DNA of 64,000 nt. Origin: Bacteroidota bacterium. Its GTDB lineage: Bacteria; Bacteroidota; Bacteroidia; Bacteroidales; VadinHA17. The stretch covers positions 8,016 through 72,015 of the forward strand of contig DSCJ01000133.1 of NCBI GenBank assembly GCA_011049175.1, read 5' to 3'. Made by a program: the position numbers and the translations under genes. Below the pieces are notes generated by a model. The model did not search any database. It was not told where the DNA came from and saw nothing but the letters and a program-made list of their open reading frames with translations. Shown here in pieces: positions 10,049 through 20,816 of the stretch; the first letter of the stretch is position 1, and each line of letters starts with the position of its first letter.

Positions 10049-11613
10049 TTATACCTGCCCCCGAACCGAACCGGATTCCCTGCAGAGCCGGACTATTCAG
10101 CCACTGCCTGAAGCTTTTCTTCAGGACATTCCCGGCATGGCTGTTACTGGTTGTTGGCCCGCTGCAGGCTCAGGAAAAAACACGCATCGATATCCTGTAC
10201 TCGGAAACCCTTCAGTTCGACAGGCGCATGGGAGAAAATTTCAAACGGCTGGTGGGCAATGTGAGGCTCCGGCACGAAGAGGTGATCATGTTCTGCGACT
10301 CGGCCCACCTGTATGACCGGGACAATGAGGTGCGTGCCTTCGGAAATATTCATGTCAACCAGGGCGACACCCTGCAACTGTACGGCGACAAGCTGACCTA
10401 CCGGGGAGATACCCGGGTGGCACAGGTAAGAAATAACGTGGTGCTGCGCGACAGGGAATCGGTACTGAAAACCGACTATCTGGATTTCAACCTGGAAACC
10501 AATACAGGATACTATGTTAACGGGGGGCGCCTGGAAAATGAGGAAAACGTGCTTACCAGCAAGCGGGGTTATTATTACGCCGACGATGAAATATTCTATT
10601 ACAGAGACAGTGTGGTTATGGTCAATCCCGATTACACCATCCACTGCGACACCCTGAAATACGATACCCGTTATGCCACGGCATATTTCATGAGCCCCAC
10701 CATCATTCGCGGGGAAGATCTTTATATCTACTGTGAAAACGGATGGTACAACCTGGACCTGGAGCTCTCTCAATTCAACCAGAATGCCTTTATCAGAACC
10801 AGCGAGCAGATCATCCGGGGTGATAGTCTGTTCTACGACCGCGGAAACGGATTCGGAAAAGCCATAGGCAATATTGAGATGAACGACACCACAGAAAATA
10901 TCATTCTCAGAGGGCATTATGCGGAATACTTCGAAGAACCGGAAAGTTCCCTGGTTACCGATTCCGCCCTGTTTATCCAGTTCTCGGAAACCGATACCCT
11001 GTACCTGCATGCCGATACCCTGACCTCGGAAACCGACAGCCTGGAGAACAGGCTGCTCAGGGCTTTCTATAATGTACGAATGTACAGAACCGATTTTCAG
11101 GCTGTTTGCGATTCCCTGGCATACTCCTTTTCCGACTCGGTAATCAGGATGTATCACAAACCCATGATCTGGTCGGACGAAAATCAACTTACCGGTGATT
11201 ACATACAGATCATGACCCGTAACAGGAAACTCGACCGCATGGAGCTGTACCGGTCTTCCTTCATCATTTCGCAGGAAGATTCCATCCGGTTCAACCAGAT
11301 CAAGGGAAAGGATATGACCGGTTTTTTCAGGGAAGGGCAGCTGTATCTCATCAGGGTAACCGGTAACGGCGAGTCAATATATTATGCCAGGGATGAAACC
11401 GGCATTATCGGTGTGAACAAGGCAGTTTGCAGCAATATAGAAATCTGGGTGGAAGAAGGGAAAGTGCGGAAAATACGCTTTCTTAACTCGCCCGAGGGTA
11501 CTTTTACCCCACCCTTCCAGGTCATGCCGGAAGAAATGATACTGAAAGGATTCCAGTGGGCCGAAAAACTCCGGCCTGTTGATAAAAACGACCTGTTCAG
11601 GAAAAACCGATAA
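10045..11613 (+). CDS. OstA/LptA-like beta-jellyroll protein
   Basis: Repeated GNV.L / CDS / L.GD / ADTL units. Start uncertain: GTG 10045 overlapping the surA stop, or ATG 10027. Confidence 0.8.
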   Translation: MIIPAPEPNRIPCRAGLFSHCLKLFFRTFPAWLLLVVGPLQAQEKTRIDILYSETLQFDRRMGENFKRLVGNVRLRHEEVIMFCDSAHLYDRDNEVRAFGNIHVNQGDTLQLYGDKLTYRGDTRVAQVRNNVVLRDRESVLKTDYLDFNLETNTGYYVNGGRLENEENVLTSKRGYYYADDEIFYYRDSVVMVNPDYTIHCDTLKYDTRYATAYFMSPTIIRGEDLYIYCENGWYNLDLELSQFNQNAFIRTSEQIIRGDSLFYDRGNGFGKAIGNIEMNDTTENIILRGHYAEYFEEPESSLVTDSALFIQFSETDTLYLHADTLTSETDSLENRLLRAFYNVRMYRTDFQAVCDSLAYSFSDSVIRMYHKPMIWSDENQLTGDYIQIMTRNRKLDRMELYRSSFIISQEDSIRFNQIKGKDMTGFFREGQLYLIRVTGNGESIYYARDETGIIGVNKAVCSNIEIWVEEGKVRKIRFLNSPEGTFTPPFQVMPEEMILKGFQWAEKLRPVDKNDLFRKNR

Positions 11614-11638
11614 AAACGGGGGCCTTATGCCCCCGTTT
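11614..11638. terminator. Intrinsic terminator hairpin between convergent ostA-like and DUF2795 genes
   Basis: aaacgggggc-cttat-gcccccgttt, 10-bp stem. Confidence 0.75.
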
Positions 11639-11649
11639 GCCAAAAGGAA

Positions 11650-11871
11650 CTAATATTCGTCTTCGTTAAAAAAGAAATCATCCTTGCTGGGATAATCGGG
11701 CCAGATATCCTCGATGCTTTCGTAGATATCTCCCTCATCCTCTATTTCCTGAAGATTCTCAATCACCTCCAGGGGGGCTCCCGACCGGATAGCATAATCA
11801 ATCAGTTCGTCTTTCGTGGCCGGCCAGGGAGCATCTTCCAGCTTTGATGCCAGTTCTAGGGTCCAATACAT
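11650..11871 (-). CDS. DUF2795 family protein
   Basis: MYWTLELASKLEDAPWPATKDELIDYAIRSGAP, highly conserved in Bacteroidota; -7 box TATATTTG at 11926-11933. Confidence 0.92.
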   Translation of the reverse strand: MYWTLELASKLEDAPWPATKDELIDYAIRSGAPLEVIENLQEIEDEGDIYESIEDIWPDYPSKDDFFFNEDEY

Positions 11872-11951
11872 ATACCAGGATCAATTTGTTTTACATAGTT
11901 CTTAACCGGTCGCGTTAAAAGCCTGCAAATATATAAATAAAAAATTCTTAA

Positions 11952-12500
11952 TTACAAGCCCGGAGACCATGGAATTTCATCCGCACCCAGTTCGGAAGAT
12001 AATTTCCTGGATAATACGAATAAATAATCGGATAACCGGTTCAGATAGGACATCACCCGGTCAAGATGTTTGATACCGGCATCCAGCCGCCCTGCATTTC
12101 TTTCGGCCCTCCGGCACACGTTCCTGGTAATGTGTGTATACGATACCACCGGATGCCCGCCGGGTAGTATGAAAGAAGAAAGAGAAGGAAGGGTTTCTTC
12201 CATGGCATCGATCCGTTCTTCCAGAAAAGCGATATCACCTGCTTCAATCTGTGGGATCGGCCGCCCGCAATCATCGCAGTCGGCAGCCAGGATGGAAGCA
12301 CAGATCATGAGCCGGTCCTGTATCTGCAGCAGGTCCTTTTTGTGGTTCTCACGGATATTCTGATCCCTGATCAGCCCCAGCCATGATATCAGTTCATCGA
12401 TGGTTCCGTATGCTTCAATCCGTTCATGATGTTTGGGCACACGCCTCCCGCCGATGAGGGAAGTCATCCCCTCATCGCCGGTTCTGGTATAAATTTTCAT
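11952..12500 (-). CDS. PduO-type cob(I)alamin adenosyltransferase
   Basis: KIYTRTGD.G.T, YGTIDEL, FILPGG, CRRAER, YLNRLSDYLF. Confidence 0.95.
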   Translation of the reverse strand: MKIYTRTGDEGMTSLIGGRRVPKHHERIEAYGTIDELISWLGLIRDQNIRENHKKDLLQIQDRLMICASILAADCDDCGRPIPQIEAGDIAFLEERIDAMEETLPSLSSFILPGGHPVVSYTHITRNVCRRAERNAGRLDAGIKHLDRVMSYLNRLSDYLFVLSRKLSSELGADEIPWSPGL

Positions 12501-12511
12501 TTCCTGTGATT

Positions 12512-13219
12512 TTATGCCTTCACCTTTTTCATACGCTCATTGGGCTGGTCCGATTCAATGTAACCGTCCATCAGGCGGATGATGCGGTCGGCGTGCCGGG
12601 CAATATCCTCTTCGTGGGTTACCACGATCACCGTGTTCCCCAGGGCATGGATCTCGTCGAAAAGATTCATGATATCCACCGAGGTCTTTGAATCCAGGTT
12701 TCCGGTGGGCTCATCGGCCAGAATAATGGACGGATGATTCACCAGCGCCCTGGCCACGGCAACCCGCTGGCGCTGACCCCCCGACAATTCGTTGGGCCGG
12801 TGGCTGATCCGGTCGCTAAGACCTACACTCTCCATCACCTCAAGAGCCCTTTTTTCCCGCTCGGCACGCGACAAACCGGCATAGACCAGCGGAAGCGTGA
12901 CATTTTCCAATGCAGTATAACGCGGCAGGAGGTTAAATGTTTGAAAAACGAAGCCTATTTCCCGGTTTCTGATCTCAGCCAGGCGGTTGTCATCCATCTT
13001 GCTTACGTCTTTTCCGTTCAGGAAATAGGAACCCGACGTAGGGGTATCGAGGCATCCCAGAATGTTCATCAGGGTGGATTTTCCGCTTCCGGAAGGGCCC
13101 ATGATGGCCACATATTCGTTCTTTTTAATCTCAAGAGTGATCGATTGCAGCGCCTTCACCACAATGGTCCCGATATGATAGTCTTTTACCAGATCAATCA
13201 GATGGATCAGTTTTTCCAT
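12512..13219 (-). CDS. ABC transporter ATP-binding protein (LolD/MacB-like)
   Basis: [29 protein letters not shown]. Confidence 0.93.
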   Translation of the reverse strand: MEKLIHLIDLVKDYHIGTIVVKALQSITLEIKKNEYVAIMGPSGSGKSTLMNILGCLDTPTSGSYFLNGKDVSKMDDNRLAEIRNREIGFVFQTFNLLPRYTALENVTLPLVYAGLSRAEREKRALEVMESVGLSDRISHRPNELSGGQRQRVAVARALVNHPSIILADEPTGNLDSKTSVDIMNLFDEIHALGNTVIVVTHEEDIARHADRIIRLMDGYIESDQPNERMKKVKA

Positions 13220-13287
13220 TTTTCAGTGTATTTTGAGTGTACGAAAATAATCGAAACATACGTAATAAAAAAACAGGTAACACAGGA

Positions 13288-14085
13288 TCAGAACCTGATC
13301 CTGACATGCTGTCCCGGTAATCCCTTCCGCAGGAACACCACTCCCGCCCTGAACAGGTCAAGGCTCAGGGTAACCCTCGGATCGGCAATGATTTTTTTCC
13401 ACGCCCGGGTCATGCCCCTGCTCCAGTATATATCATCAAAAACAAGAACGCCTTCCTCTCCGCTCCGGCCTGTTATGGCATCAAAATATTTCAGGGTGGC
13501 TTCCTCCCGGTGGTTTCCGTCGATAAAAGCGAAATCCACCGTACCCATCTTTTCGAGCAATCCAGGCAGCTTATCGTCAAAATCCCCCGTCACCACCTGT
13601 ACAAATCCGTAATCCGCGCTCTCCAGTTTCCTTTTCGCCAGTTCTGCCAGTTCCCCGCGCCCTTCCACGGTATAAAAAGGGATCTCTCCCGAAGCTGCCG
13701 CCAGGTATAGGGTGCTGCTCCCTGCACCGGTTCCCAGTTCAAGCAGTGAACGCGGACCGAAATACTTCACCAGCCTGAACAGCAATCTCCCCGTTTTCCG
13801 GTCCACTCCCATCCTCCTAAGCATTTTCCCGGTTCTGACGGTCGGTTTTTTCCCATAGGAAGAACCCGCCCCGCAATCATCCGTAATCATGAGACCCGTT
13901 TCCCCCCCTGTTTTATTCCACAAGGATTCAATTTTTTTGTATTCCGGGTACTTTTTTTTGTCGTTCAGCACCCGGGTGATCAGATCGAACAGAAAAGGGG
14001 AATGAATACCATGGCCGTACCGGTGCCTGCTGAAAAACACGTATTTCAGGTAATTCCATCCATGCCACACCGTTCGTTCAAACAT
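13288..14085 (-). CDS. Class I SAM-dependent O-methyltransferase-like protein
   Basis: GHGIHSPF, LELGTGAG, FIDGNH, FDDIYWS.GM. Start probably ATG 14085, because the TAATTTTG box at 14134-14141 overlaps the ORF-track start. Confidence 0.85.
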   Translation of the reverse strand: MFERTVWHGWNYLKYVFFSRHRYGHGIHSPFLFDLITRVLNDKKKYPEYKKIESLWNKTGGETGLMITDDCGAGSSYGKKPTVRTGKMLRRMGVDRKTGRLLFRLVKYFGPRSLLELGTGAGSSTLYLAAASGEIPFYTVEGRGELAELAKRKLESADYGFVQVVTGDFDDKLPGLLEKMGTVDFAFIDGNHREEATLKYFDAITGRSGEEGVLVFDDIYWSRGMTRAWKKIIADPRVTLSLDLFRAGVVFLRKGLPGQHVRIRF

Positions 14086-14192
14086 ACCGGCGCTTCCTGT
14101 TTTTCCCCTGTGGGGAAAGTGATAATCCGCCCGCAAAATTACTTTTTTCCGTAAAGATATTTTTCGATATTTATTGCCGCAAACCCGACCGC

Positions 14193-16298
14193 ATGCAAAA
14201 CCTCTACCAGAGGGATATCAAATACCTTCCGGGAGTGGGCCCGAAACGGGCCGAATGGCTGGAAAAGGAACTGAATATATGCACCTTTGCCGACCTGCTG
14301 TATTATTTCCCTTACAAATATGCCGACAGGACCCGTTTCTACAAAATTTCGGAGATCCATCCCGATTTGCCCCACGTACAGATCAGGGGCCGTTTCACCC
14401 GGTTCGGGTTTGCCGGCGACCCACGGCGCAAAAGGTTCGTGGCCCGGTTTGCCGACGATACCGGCAGTGTGGAGGTGGTTTGGTTCCGGGGGCTCCGCTG
14501 GATACAGAATGCCTATCAAACCGACAGGGAATATGTTCTGTTCGGCAAACCTACCGTATTCAACCGCCGGATCAACCTGGTACATCCCGAGGTGGAAGAA
14601 GCCTCGGCCTATGAAAAAAGTTTGACGCGGGCCCTGCAGCCATTTTACAGCACCACCGAAAAACTGAAAAACAACTTCATCAGTTCCAAAACCATCCAGA
14701 AACTGATGAACAACCTGTTTGAACAGATAGGACAAAATATACAGGAAACCCTTCCGCCGTACCTGCTGGAAAAAATGGGCCTGATGCCCCTGCCCGAGGC
14801 GCTGCTCAACATTCATTTCCCGGAGTCTCCCCGCCTGCTCAGCCGGGCCCGCTACCGCCTGAAATTCGAAGAGCTTTTTCTCATCCAGCTCAGCCTGCTG
14901 CAGTCGCGGAAAATCAGGACACAGAAAACCGAAGGATTTGTATTTTCCCGGGTGGGTGACTCCCTCAATGAATTCTATGAAAAACACCTCCCTTTTGAAC
15001 TGACGAAAGCACAGAAAAGGGTTATCAGAGAGATCAGGAAAGATATGGGTTCGGGCAGGCAGATGAACAGGTTGCTCCAGGGAGATGTAGGAAGCGGCAA
15101 AACCCTGGTTGCCCTGATGAACATGCTGATTGCCCGCGACAATGGTTTCCAGTCGTGCCTGATGGCCCCCACCGAGATCCTGGCCAGCCAGCATTACCGA
15201 ACCCTGAAGAATTTCCTGGGAAACATGGATGTACAGGTTGACCTGCTGACGGGATCAACCCGGAAGAAAGACCGGGAAAACATTCAGGAAGACCTGGTTT
15301 CGGGAAAAACAGACATCCTGGTGGGAACCCATGCCCTGATCGAGGAAACCGTCCGGTTCAGCCGCCTGGGACTGGCCGTGATCGATGAACAGCACCGGTT
15401 CGGGGTGGCACAGCGCGCCAGCCTGTGGAAAAAGAACGAACGGCCGCCCCATGTGCTGGTCATGACAGCCACCCCCATACCCCGCACCCTGGCCATGACC
15501 CTGTACGGCGACCTGGACATTTCGGTGATCGACGAGCTACCGCCCGGAAGAAAGCCCGTTAAAACCGTGCATTATTATGATTCCCAGCGGCTCAGAATGT
15601 TCGGATTCCTGAAAAAACAAATCGCCGAAGGCCGCCAGGTATATGTGGTATATCCCCTGATCAGGGAATCGGAAAAGATGGACTACAAGGACCTGGAAGA
15701 CGGTTACGAAAGCATTTGCCGGGCGTTCCCCCCACCCGATTATGCGGTGAGCGTGGTACACGGCAGAATGAAGCCGGCCGAAAAGGACAAAGCCATGAAC
15801 CATTTTATTGCCGGAAGAACCCACATCATGGTTGCTACCACCGTGATCGAGGTGGGCGTGGACGTGCCCAATGCCAGCGTAATGGTGATTGAAAGCGCCG
15901 AACGGTTCGGGCTTTCCCAGCTCCACCAGCTCAGGGGCCGGGTGGGTCGGGGCGCTGATCAGTCAACCTGTATTCTGATGACTTCGTATGAACTGAGCCG
16001 GGAGGCACGGATGCGGATCGAAACCATGGTAAGGACCAACGACGGTTTTGAAATTGCCGAAGCCGATCTGAAGCTCAGAGGCCCGGGCGACCTCGAAGGA
16101 ACCCAGCAGAGCGGCATCCCCTTCACCCTGCGGATCGCCGACCTGGGCAAAGACGGACAGCTTCTGCAGTACGCCCGCGAAACTGCGGAAAAAATACTGG
16201 CCGGTGACCCGGAACTGAACTCTCCGGAAAACAGGATGCTGCTTGAAACCCTTCGCAGGAACCAGAAGGAATACATGAACTGGAGCATGATCAGCTAA
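14193..16298 (+). CDS. recG: ATP-dependent DNA helicase RecG
   Basis: LLQGDVGSGKT, IDEQHRFGV, MTATPIPRTL, QLRGRVGRG, DLKLRGPG. Confidence 0.97.
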   Translation: MQNLYQRDIKYLPGVGPKRAEWLEKELNICTFADLLYYFPYKYADRTRFYKISEIHPDLPHVQIRGRFTRFGFAGDPRRKRFVARFADDTGSVEVVWFRGLRWIQNAYQTDREYVLFGKPTVFNRRINLVHPEVEEASAYEKSLTRALQPFYSTTEKLKNNFISSKTIQKLMNNLFEQIGQNIQETLPPYLLEKMGLMPLPEALLNIHFPESPRLLSRARYRLKFEELFLIQLSLLQSRKIRTQKTEGFVFSRVGDSLNEFYEKHLPFELTKAQKRVIREIRKDMGSGRQMNRLLQGDVGSGKTLVALMNMLIARDNGFQSCLMAPTEILASQHYRTLKNFLGNMDVQVDLLTGSTRKKDRENIQEDLVSGKTDILVGTHALIEETVRFSRLGLAVIDEQHRFGVAQRASLWKKNERPPHVLVMTATPIPRTLAMTLYGDLDISVIDELPPGRKPVKTVHYYDSQRLRMFGFLKKQIAEGRQVYVVYPLIRESEKMDYKDLEDGYESICRAFPPPDYAVSVVHGRMKPAEKDKAMNHFIAGRTHIMVATTVIEVGVDVPNASVMVIESAERFGLSQLHQLRGRVGRGADQSTCILMTSYELSREARMRIETMVRTNDGFEIAEADLKLRGPGDLEGTQQSGIPFTLRIADLGKDGQLLQYARETAEKILAGDPELNSPENRMLLETLRRNQKEYMNWSMIS

Positions 16299-16441
16299 AA
16301 CACAACATACAAACGGAAAGGTGGTGAAAAACATTTTTATCCCAATATACCGGTTGTTTTTAGCTTATTTAAAATCATAATAAATTGGATTCCCGCATCC
16401 AAAACCTGACAAAAAGCAGGCAGAAAAATCTGCGCCTGCTA

Positions 16442-16449
16442 TAAATTTG
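16442..16449 (+). promoter_or_regulatory. -7 box (TAAATTTG) of the rseC-rnf operon
   Basis: TAnnTTTG match about 35 nt upstream of rseC. Confidence 0.55.
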
Positions 16450-16483
16450 TGCTTTTTAATCAGGGATCAGGAGTATTTGCTTG

Positions 16484-16900
16484 ATGGCCGAAATGATCGA
16501 ACATACGGGTATTGTCAGGGAGATAGGCCCGGAAGGAATGAAGGTCAGGATCCTTTCCGAACCGGCCTGTTCCGCATGCCATGCCCGGGAAATTTGCGGA
16601 TCCGGAAATTCCCGGGAAAAAGAGATCACCATCAGGGAATGGCAGGGAAATTTTCACCCGGGAGAGCAGGTGCAGGTAATGATCACCGAATCGCTCGGGC
16701 TGAAAGCCCTTTTTTACAGCTATATTTTACCGTTCCTCCTGGTGCTGCTCTGCCTGGTGGTTCTCACAGCCGGCGGTACCCGTGAATGGCTGGCCGGTAT
16801 ACTCTCCCTGTCGGTGCTGGTACCGTATTACCTGATCCTGTACGTGCTGAGAAAGCGGATTGACCGGGTGTTCAGCTTCTCAGTGTCCAGGTTTACCTAA
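16484..16900 (+). CDS. rseC: RseC/MucC family protein
   Basis: IEHTGIV, SACHAREIC (CxxCxxxxxC), two TM helices; first gene of the rnf operon. Confidence 0.85.
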   Translation: MAEMIEHTGIVREIGPEGMKVRILSEPACSACHAREICGSGNSREKEITIREWQGNFHPGEQVQVMITESLGLKALFYSYILPFLLVLLCLVVLTAGGTREWLAGILSLSVLVPYYLILYVLRKRIDRVFSFSVSRFT

Positions 16901-16913
16901 ACATATTGACCTC

Positions 16914-17879
16914 ATGAACTCAACCATTCTCATTACCGTCATTACCCTGAGTGCCATAGGAATGGCTGCGGCCCTGATACTCTATTTCGTGGCAAGGAAA
17001 TTCCGGGTGCACGAAGATCCCCGGATTGACGAAGTGGAAGAGGTACTTCCGGCCGCCAACTGCGGGGGGTGCGGATACCCGGGATGCCGGAATTTCGCCG
17101 AAGCCCTGGTCAAATCCGATTCATTCGAAGGGCTGTTCTGCCCGGTAGGCGGGAACGAAGTCATGGCAAAGGTGGCTGAAATTCTGGGGCGCGAAGCCGT
17201 TACCCAGGCTCCCCTGGTTGCCGTGGTCCGCTGCAACGGTTCACCCGGGCACCGGCCGAAAACCAGTGTGTACGACGGTCCGGTAACATGCGCCATTGCC
17301 CATGCCCTGTATACGGGCGAATCGGATTGTCCGTACGGATGCCTGGGATACGGCGATTGCGTGGAAGCCTGTACCTTCGATGCCATGTATATGGACCCGA
17401 AAACCAACCTGCCGGTGGTCATCGACAATAAATGTACCGCCTGCGGGGCCTGTGTGGAAGCCTGCCCCCGCGATATCATTGAACTCAGAAAAAAGAACCC
17501 GAAAGACCGGAAAATATTCGTATGCTGTATCAATGAAGAGAAGGGAGCCGTTGCGCGGAAAAACTGCAAGGTGGCCTGCATCGGTTGTGGTGCCTGCGTA
17601 AAGGTTTGCCCCTTCGATGCCATCACCCTGGAGAATAACCTGGCCTACATTGATGCTGAAAAATGCCGGCTCTGCCGCAAGTGTTCCCCCGTTTGCCCCA
17701 CCAATTCCATTCTCGAGATCAACTTCCCGGAAAAGAAAATGGTAGTAAAAGGACAGGAGAAAAAAGATGCAAAAGAAGGCAGCGGGAAAGAAGAAAAAGT
17801 GGCAGCATCCGGCAGTGAGCAGAAAGAAAGCGGAGAAGAAAGCAAAAAGGATAAAGAATCGAATTCGTCAAATAAATAA
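16914..17879 (+). CDS. rnfB: Rnf complex subunit B (polyferredoxin)
   Basis: N-terminal TM, LPAANCGGCGYPGC, several CxxCxxCxxxCP motifs, K/E/S-rich tail. Confidence 0.95.
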   Translation: MNSTILITVITLSAIGMAAALILYFVARKFRVHEDPRIDEVEEVLPAANCGGCGYPGCRNFAEALVKSDSFEGLFCPVGGNEVMAKVAEILGREAVTQAPLVAVVRCNGSPGHRPKTSVYDGPVTCAIAHALYTGESDCPYGCLGYGDCVEACTFDAMYMDPKTNLPVVIDNKCTACGACVEACPRDIIELRKKNPKDRKIFVCCINEEKGAVARKNCKVACIGCGACVKVCPFDAITLENNLAYIDAEKCRLCRKCSPVCPTNSILEINFPEKKMVVKGQEKKDAKEGSGKEEKVAASGSEQKESGEESKKDKESNSSNK

Positions 17880-17891
17880 AACAAACGCACC

Positions 17892-19223
17892 GTGTTAAAA
17901 ACCTTTGCAAAAGGAGGGGTTCATCCGCCGGAAAACAAGCTGTCGGCCTCCCGACCCATCGAAAGCCTGCCCCTGCCTCAAACGGTTTCCATTCCACTGT
18001 CGCAGCATATCGGCGCCCCGCCCGCTCCGCTCGTTCAGAAGAACGACCAGGTGAAAACCGGCCAGTTGATTGCCCGGGGTGAAGGATTTGTTTCAGCCAG
18101 TATCCATTCCTCTGTTACCGGAAAAGTTGTCAAGCTGGAAGAGGTGATGGATGCCGGAGGATACCGCCGGCCTGCTGTCACCATTCAGGTGGGGGAAGAC
18201 GAATGGATGCCGGAAATCGATACCAGTCCCGGCCTGATAAAGGAATTTGACCTCAGCGGGAAGGATATCATTGAAAAAGTAAAGGAAGCCGGGATCGTGG
18301 GAATGGGAGGAGCCACCTTCCCATCTCACGTGAAGATGAGCGTTCCCCGGGGCAAAAAAGCGGAACTTCTGATTATTAACGGGGTGGAATGTGAACCCTG
18401 GCTAACCTCCGACCACCGGCTGATGCTGGAAAAAGGAGAAGAGCTGCTGGTGGGTATCCGCCTCATCATGAAAGCCCTGCAGGTGGAAAAAGCCCTGATC
18501 GGCATTGAAAACAATAAGCCCGATGCCATTGAGCACCTTTCAGGACTTTGCCTGGGGGAAAAAGGCATATCCGTGGTTCCACTGAAAGTGAAATATCCAC
18601 AGGGCGGTGAAAAACAACTTATCAAGGCCCTTACCGCAAGAGAAGTACCCTCGGGGGGGCTGCCCATCGATGTGGCAACCGTAGTACATAACGTAGGTAC
18701 TGCCTTTGCCGTGTATGAAGCGGTGCAGAAAAAGAAACCCCTGATAGAAAGGGTGGTGACCGTCACGGGTCCGTCCGTAAAAAAACCATGCAATTTCCTG
18801 GTCAGGACCGGCACCCCGGTGAGCCACCTGATTGAAGCTGCCGGGGGACTGCCCGACGATACGGGAAAGATCGTCAGCGGAGGCCCCATGATGGGTAAAG
18901 CACTTAACTCACTTCAGGTGCCGGTTACCAAAGGAACCTCGGGTATTCTTATCCTGCCGGAAAGTATGTCGGTCAGAAAACCGGTGCTGCCCTGCATCCG
19001 TTGCAGCCGGTGTATCTTCGTATGTCCCATGGGGCTGGAACCATACCTGCTCATGACCCTTTCGGAGAAGAAAATGACCGAAAAGATGGAAAAAGAACAT
19101 GTCATGGATTGCATAGAATGCGGTTCGTGCAGTTATATCTGCCCCTCGAACCGCCCCCTGCTTGATTATATCAGGCTGGGCAAAGCTCAGGTTAATCAAT
19201 TGATAAGATCGAGAAAGAAATAA
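17892..19223 (+). CDS. rnfC: Rnf complex subunit C
   Basis: GGVHPP, QHIGAP, GIVGMGGATFP, NGVECEP, YPQGGEKQL, two 4Fe-4S motifs. Confidence 0.96.
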   Translation: MLKTFAKGGVHPPENKLSASRPIESLPLPQTVSIPLSQHIGAPPAPLVQKNDQVKTGQLIARGEGFVSASIHSSVTGKVVKLEEVMDAGGYRRPAVTIQVGEDEWMPEIDTSPGLIKEFDLSGKDIIEKVKEAGIVGMGGATFPSHVKMSVPRGKKAELLIINGVECEPWLTSDHRLMLEKGEELLVGIRLIMKALQVEKALIGIENNKPDAIEHLSGLCLGEKGISVVPLKVKYPQGGEKQLIKALTAREVPSGGLPIDVATVVHNVGTAFAVYEAVQKKKPLIERVVTVTGPSVKKPCNFLVRTGTPVSHLIEAAGGLPDDTGKIVSGGPMMGKALNSLQVPVTKGTSGILILPESMSVRKPVLPCIRCSRCIFVCPMGLEPYLLMTLSEKKMTEKMEKEHVMDCIECGSCSYICPSNRPLLDYIRLGKAQVNQLIRSRKK

Positions 19224-20224
19224 TGGACAAACTGCTCAGAGTATCGTACTCCCCGCACATTCACGGGGAGAATTCCGTACCCCGGCTCATGTGGGGAGTG
19301 ATCGCCTCCCTGGTGCCGGCTTTTGTGCTTTCAGTTCTATACTTCGGGCTCGGGGCCATTCTGGTAACCGCCACCTCCGTTTTGTCGTGTGTGCTCTTTG
19401 AATACCTCATTCAGCGGTTCATTATGAAGGTGCCTCCCACCGTGAACGACGGCTCGGCCGTGGTGACGGGTGTGCTGCTGGCTTTCTGCCTTCCCGCCAC
19501 TATCCCCCTGTGGCTGGTGGCGCTGGGTGCCCTGGTTGCTATCGGGGTGGGGAAAATGAGTTTCGGTGGACTGGGGAGCAATCCTTTCAATCCCGCCCTG
19601 GTGGGCCGGGTTTTCCTGTTCATTTCTTTCCCCGTGCAGCTTACCAGCTGGCCGCTGCCCATGGGGTTCAAAACAAAACTGGTTGATGCGGCCACAGGAG
19701 CCACCCCCCTGGGAGTGATCAAGGAGGGTTTGCTGAACAACCAGCAGGTACCCCCCCTGATGGATGATATCCCCTCGCATATGCAATTGTTCTACGGAAA
19801 TATGAACGGATCAATGGGCGAAGTGGCCGCCATGGCCCTGCTGCTGGGGTTCATCTATATGGTGGTCAAAAAAATCATTCCCCCCGTTATTCCCCTCACC
19901 ATCCTGGGAACGGTTTTCGTATTCACCGGCATCCTGTGGCTGGCCAATCCGGAATCGAATGCCGATCCGTTATTCCACCTGCTAACCGGTGGGGTGATGC
20001 TGGGAGCTATATACATGGCTACCGATTATGTTACCTCGCCCATGACCAAAAAAGGAATGGTGGTGTTTGGGGTAGGCATCGGTGTCATCACGGTACTGAT
20101 ACGCCGGTTCGGTTCGTATCCCGAAGGAGTACAGTTCGCCATTCTGATCATGAACGCTTTCGTTCCCCTGATCAATTCCTGGTTCAAACCCAAACGATTC
20201 GGAGAGGAGGTGCAACATGGCTAA
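19223..20224 (+). CDS. rnfD: Rnf complex subunit D
   Basis: SPHIH, FGGLG.NPFNPALVGR, GATPL (FMN-Thr), MATDYVTSP. Confidence 0.96.
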   Translation: MDKLLRVSYSPHIHGENSVPRLMWGVIASLVPAFVLSVLYFGLGAILVTATSVLSCVLFEYLIQRFIMKVPPTVNDGSAVVTGVLLAFCLPATIPLWLVALGALVAIGVGKMSFGGLGSNPFNPALVGRVFLFISFPVQLTSWPLPMGFKTKLVDAATGATPLGVIKEGLLNNQQVPPLMDDIPSHMQLFYGNMNGSMGEVAAMALLLGFIYMVVKKIIPPVIPLTILGTVFVFTGILWLANPESNADPLFHLLTGGVMLGAIYMATDYVTSPMTKKGMVVFGVGIGVITVLIRRFGSYPEGVQFAILIMNAFVPLINSWFKPKRFGEEVQHG

Positions 20225-20816
20225 GAAGGAATCCACCCTGCTGAATATGGTGCTTACCCTGCTGGTGGTTACGGCTGTAGCTTCCACCGCTTTGGGATTC
20301 GTATATGAGTTCACCAAAGGGCCCATTGCAGCCGCCCGGGAAGCCAAAAGAATCTCAGCCATAGAACAGGTATTGCCTGAGTTCGACAATAATCCGGGAT
20401 CGGAAGTGAAGGCCCTGGCTATGGACGGCGACAGCGTGTACCTGTATACCGGAAGGAAAGACGGCGAATGGGTGGGAACGGCCGTTCAAACCTTCAGCAA
20501 ACAGGGCTTCAGCGGATATATCTGGCTGATGGTGGGGTTCTTACCCGACGGCACCATCCATAACATTGTGGTGCTGGAACATAAGGAAACTCCCGGACTG
20601 GGGGATAAAATGGAACAGGAAAAATCGTTCGACAAGAAAACCGGAAAATCGTGGAGCTCACAGTTTTTCGGAAAACACCCCGATAATTTTCAGTTAATGG
20701 TCACCAAAGACGGGGGAGATGTGGATGCCATCACAGCCTCCACCATATCATCCCGCGCTTACTGTGACGCCGTTAACCGCGCCTATCAGGCCTTTAAGGA
20801 AGGAGGTAACCAATGA
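20217..20816 (+). CDS. rnfG: Rnf complex subunit G
   Basis: [19 protein letters not shown] motif. Confidence 0.95.
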   Translation: MAKKESTLLNMVLTLLVVTAVASTALGFVYEFTKGPIAAAREAKRISAIEQVLPEFDNNPGSEVKALAMDGDSVYLYTGRKDGEWVGTAVQTFSKQGFSGYIWLMVGFLPDGTIHNIVVLEHKETPGLGDKMEQEKSFDKKTGKSWSSQFFGKHPDNFQLMVTKDGGDVDAITASTISSRAYCDAVNRAYQAFKEGGNQ

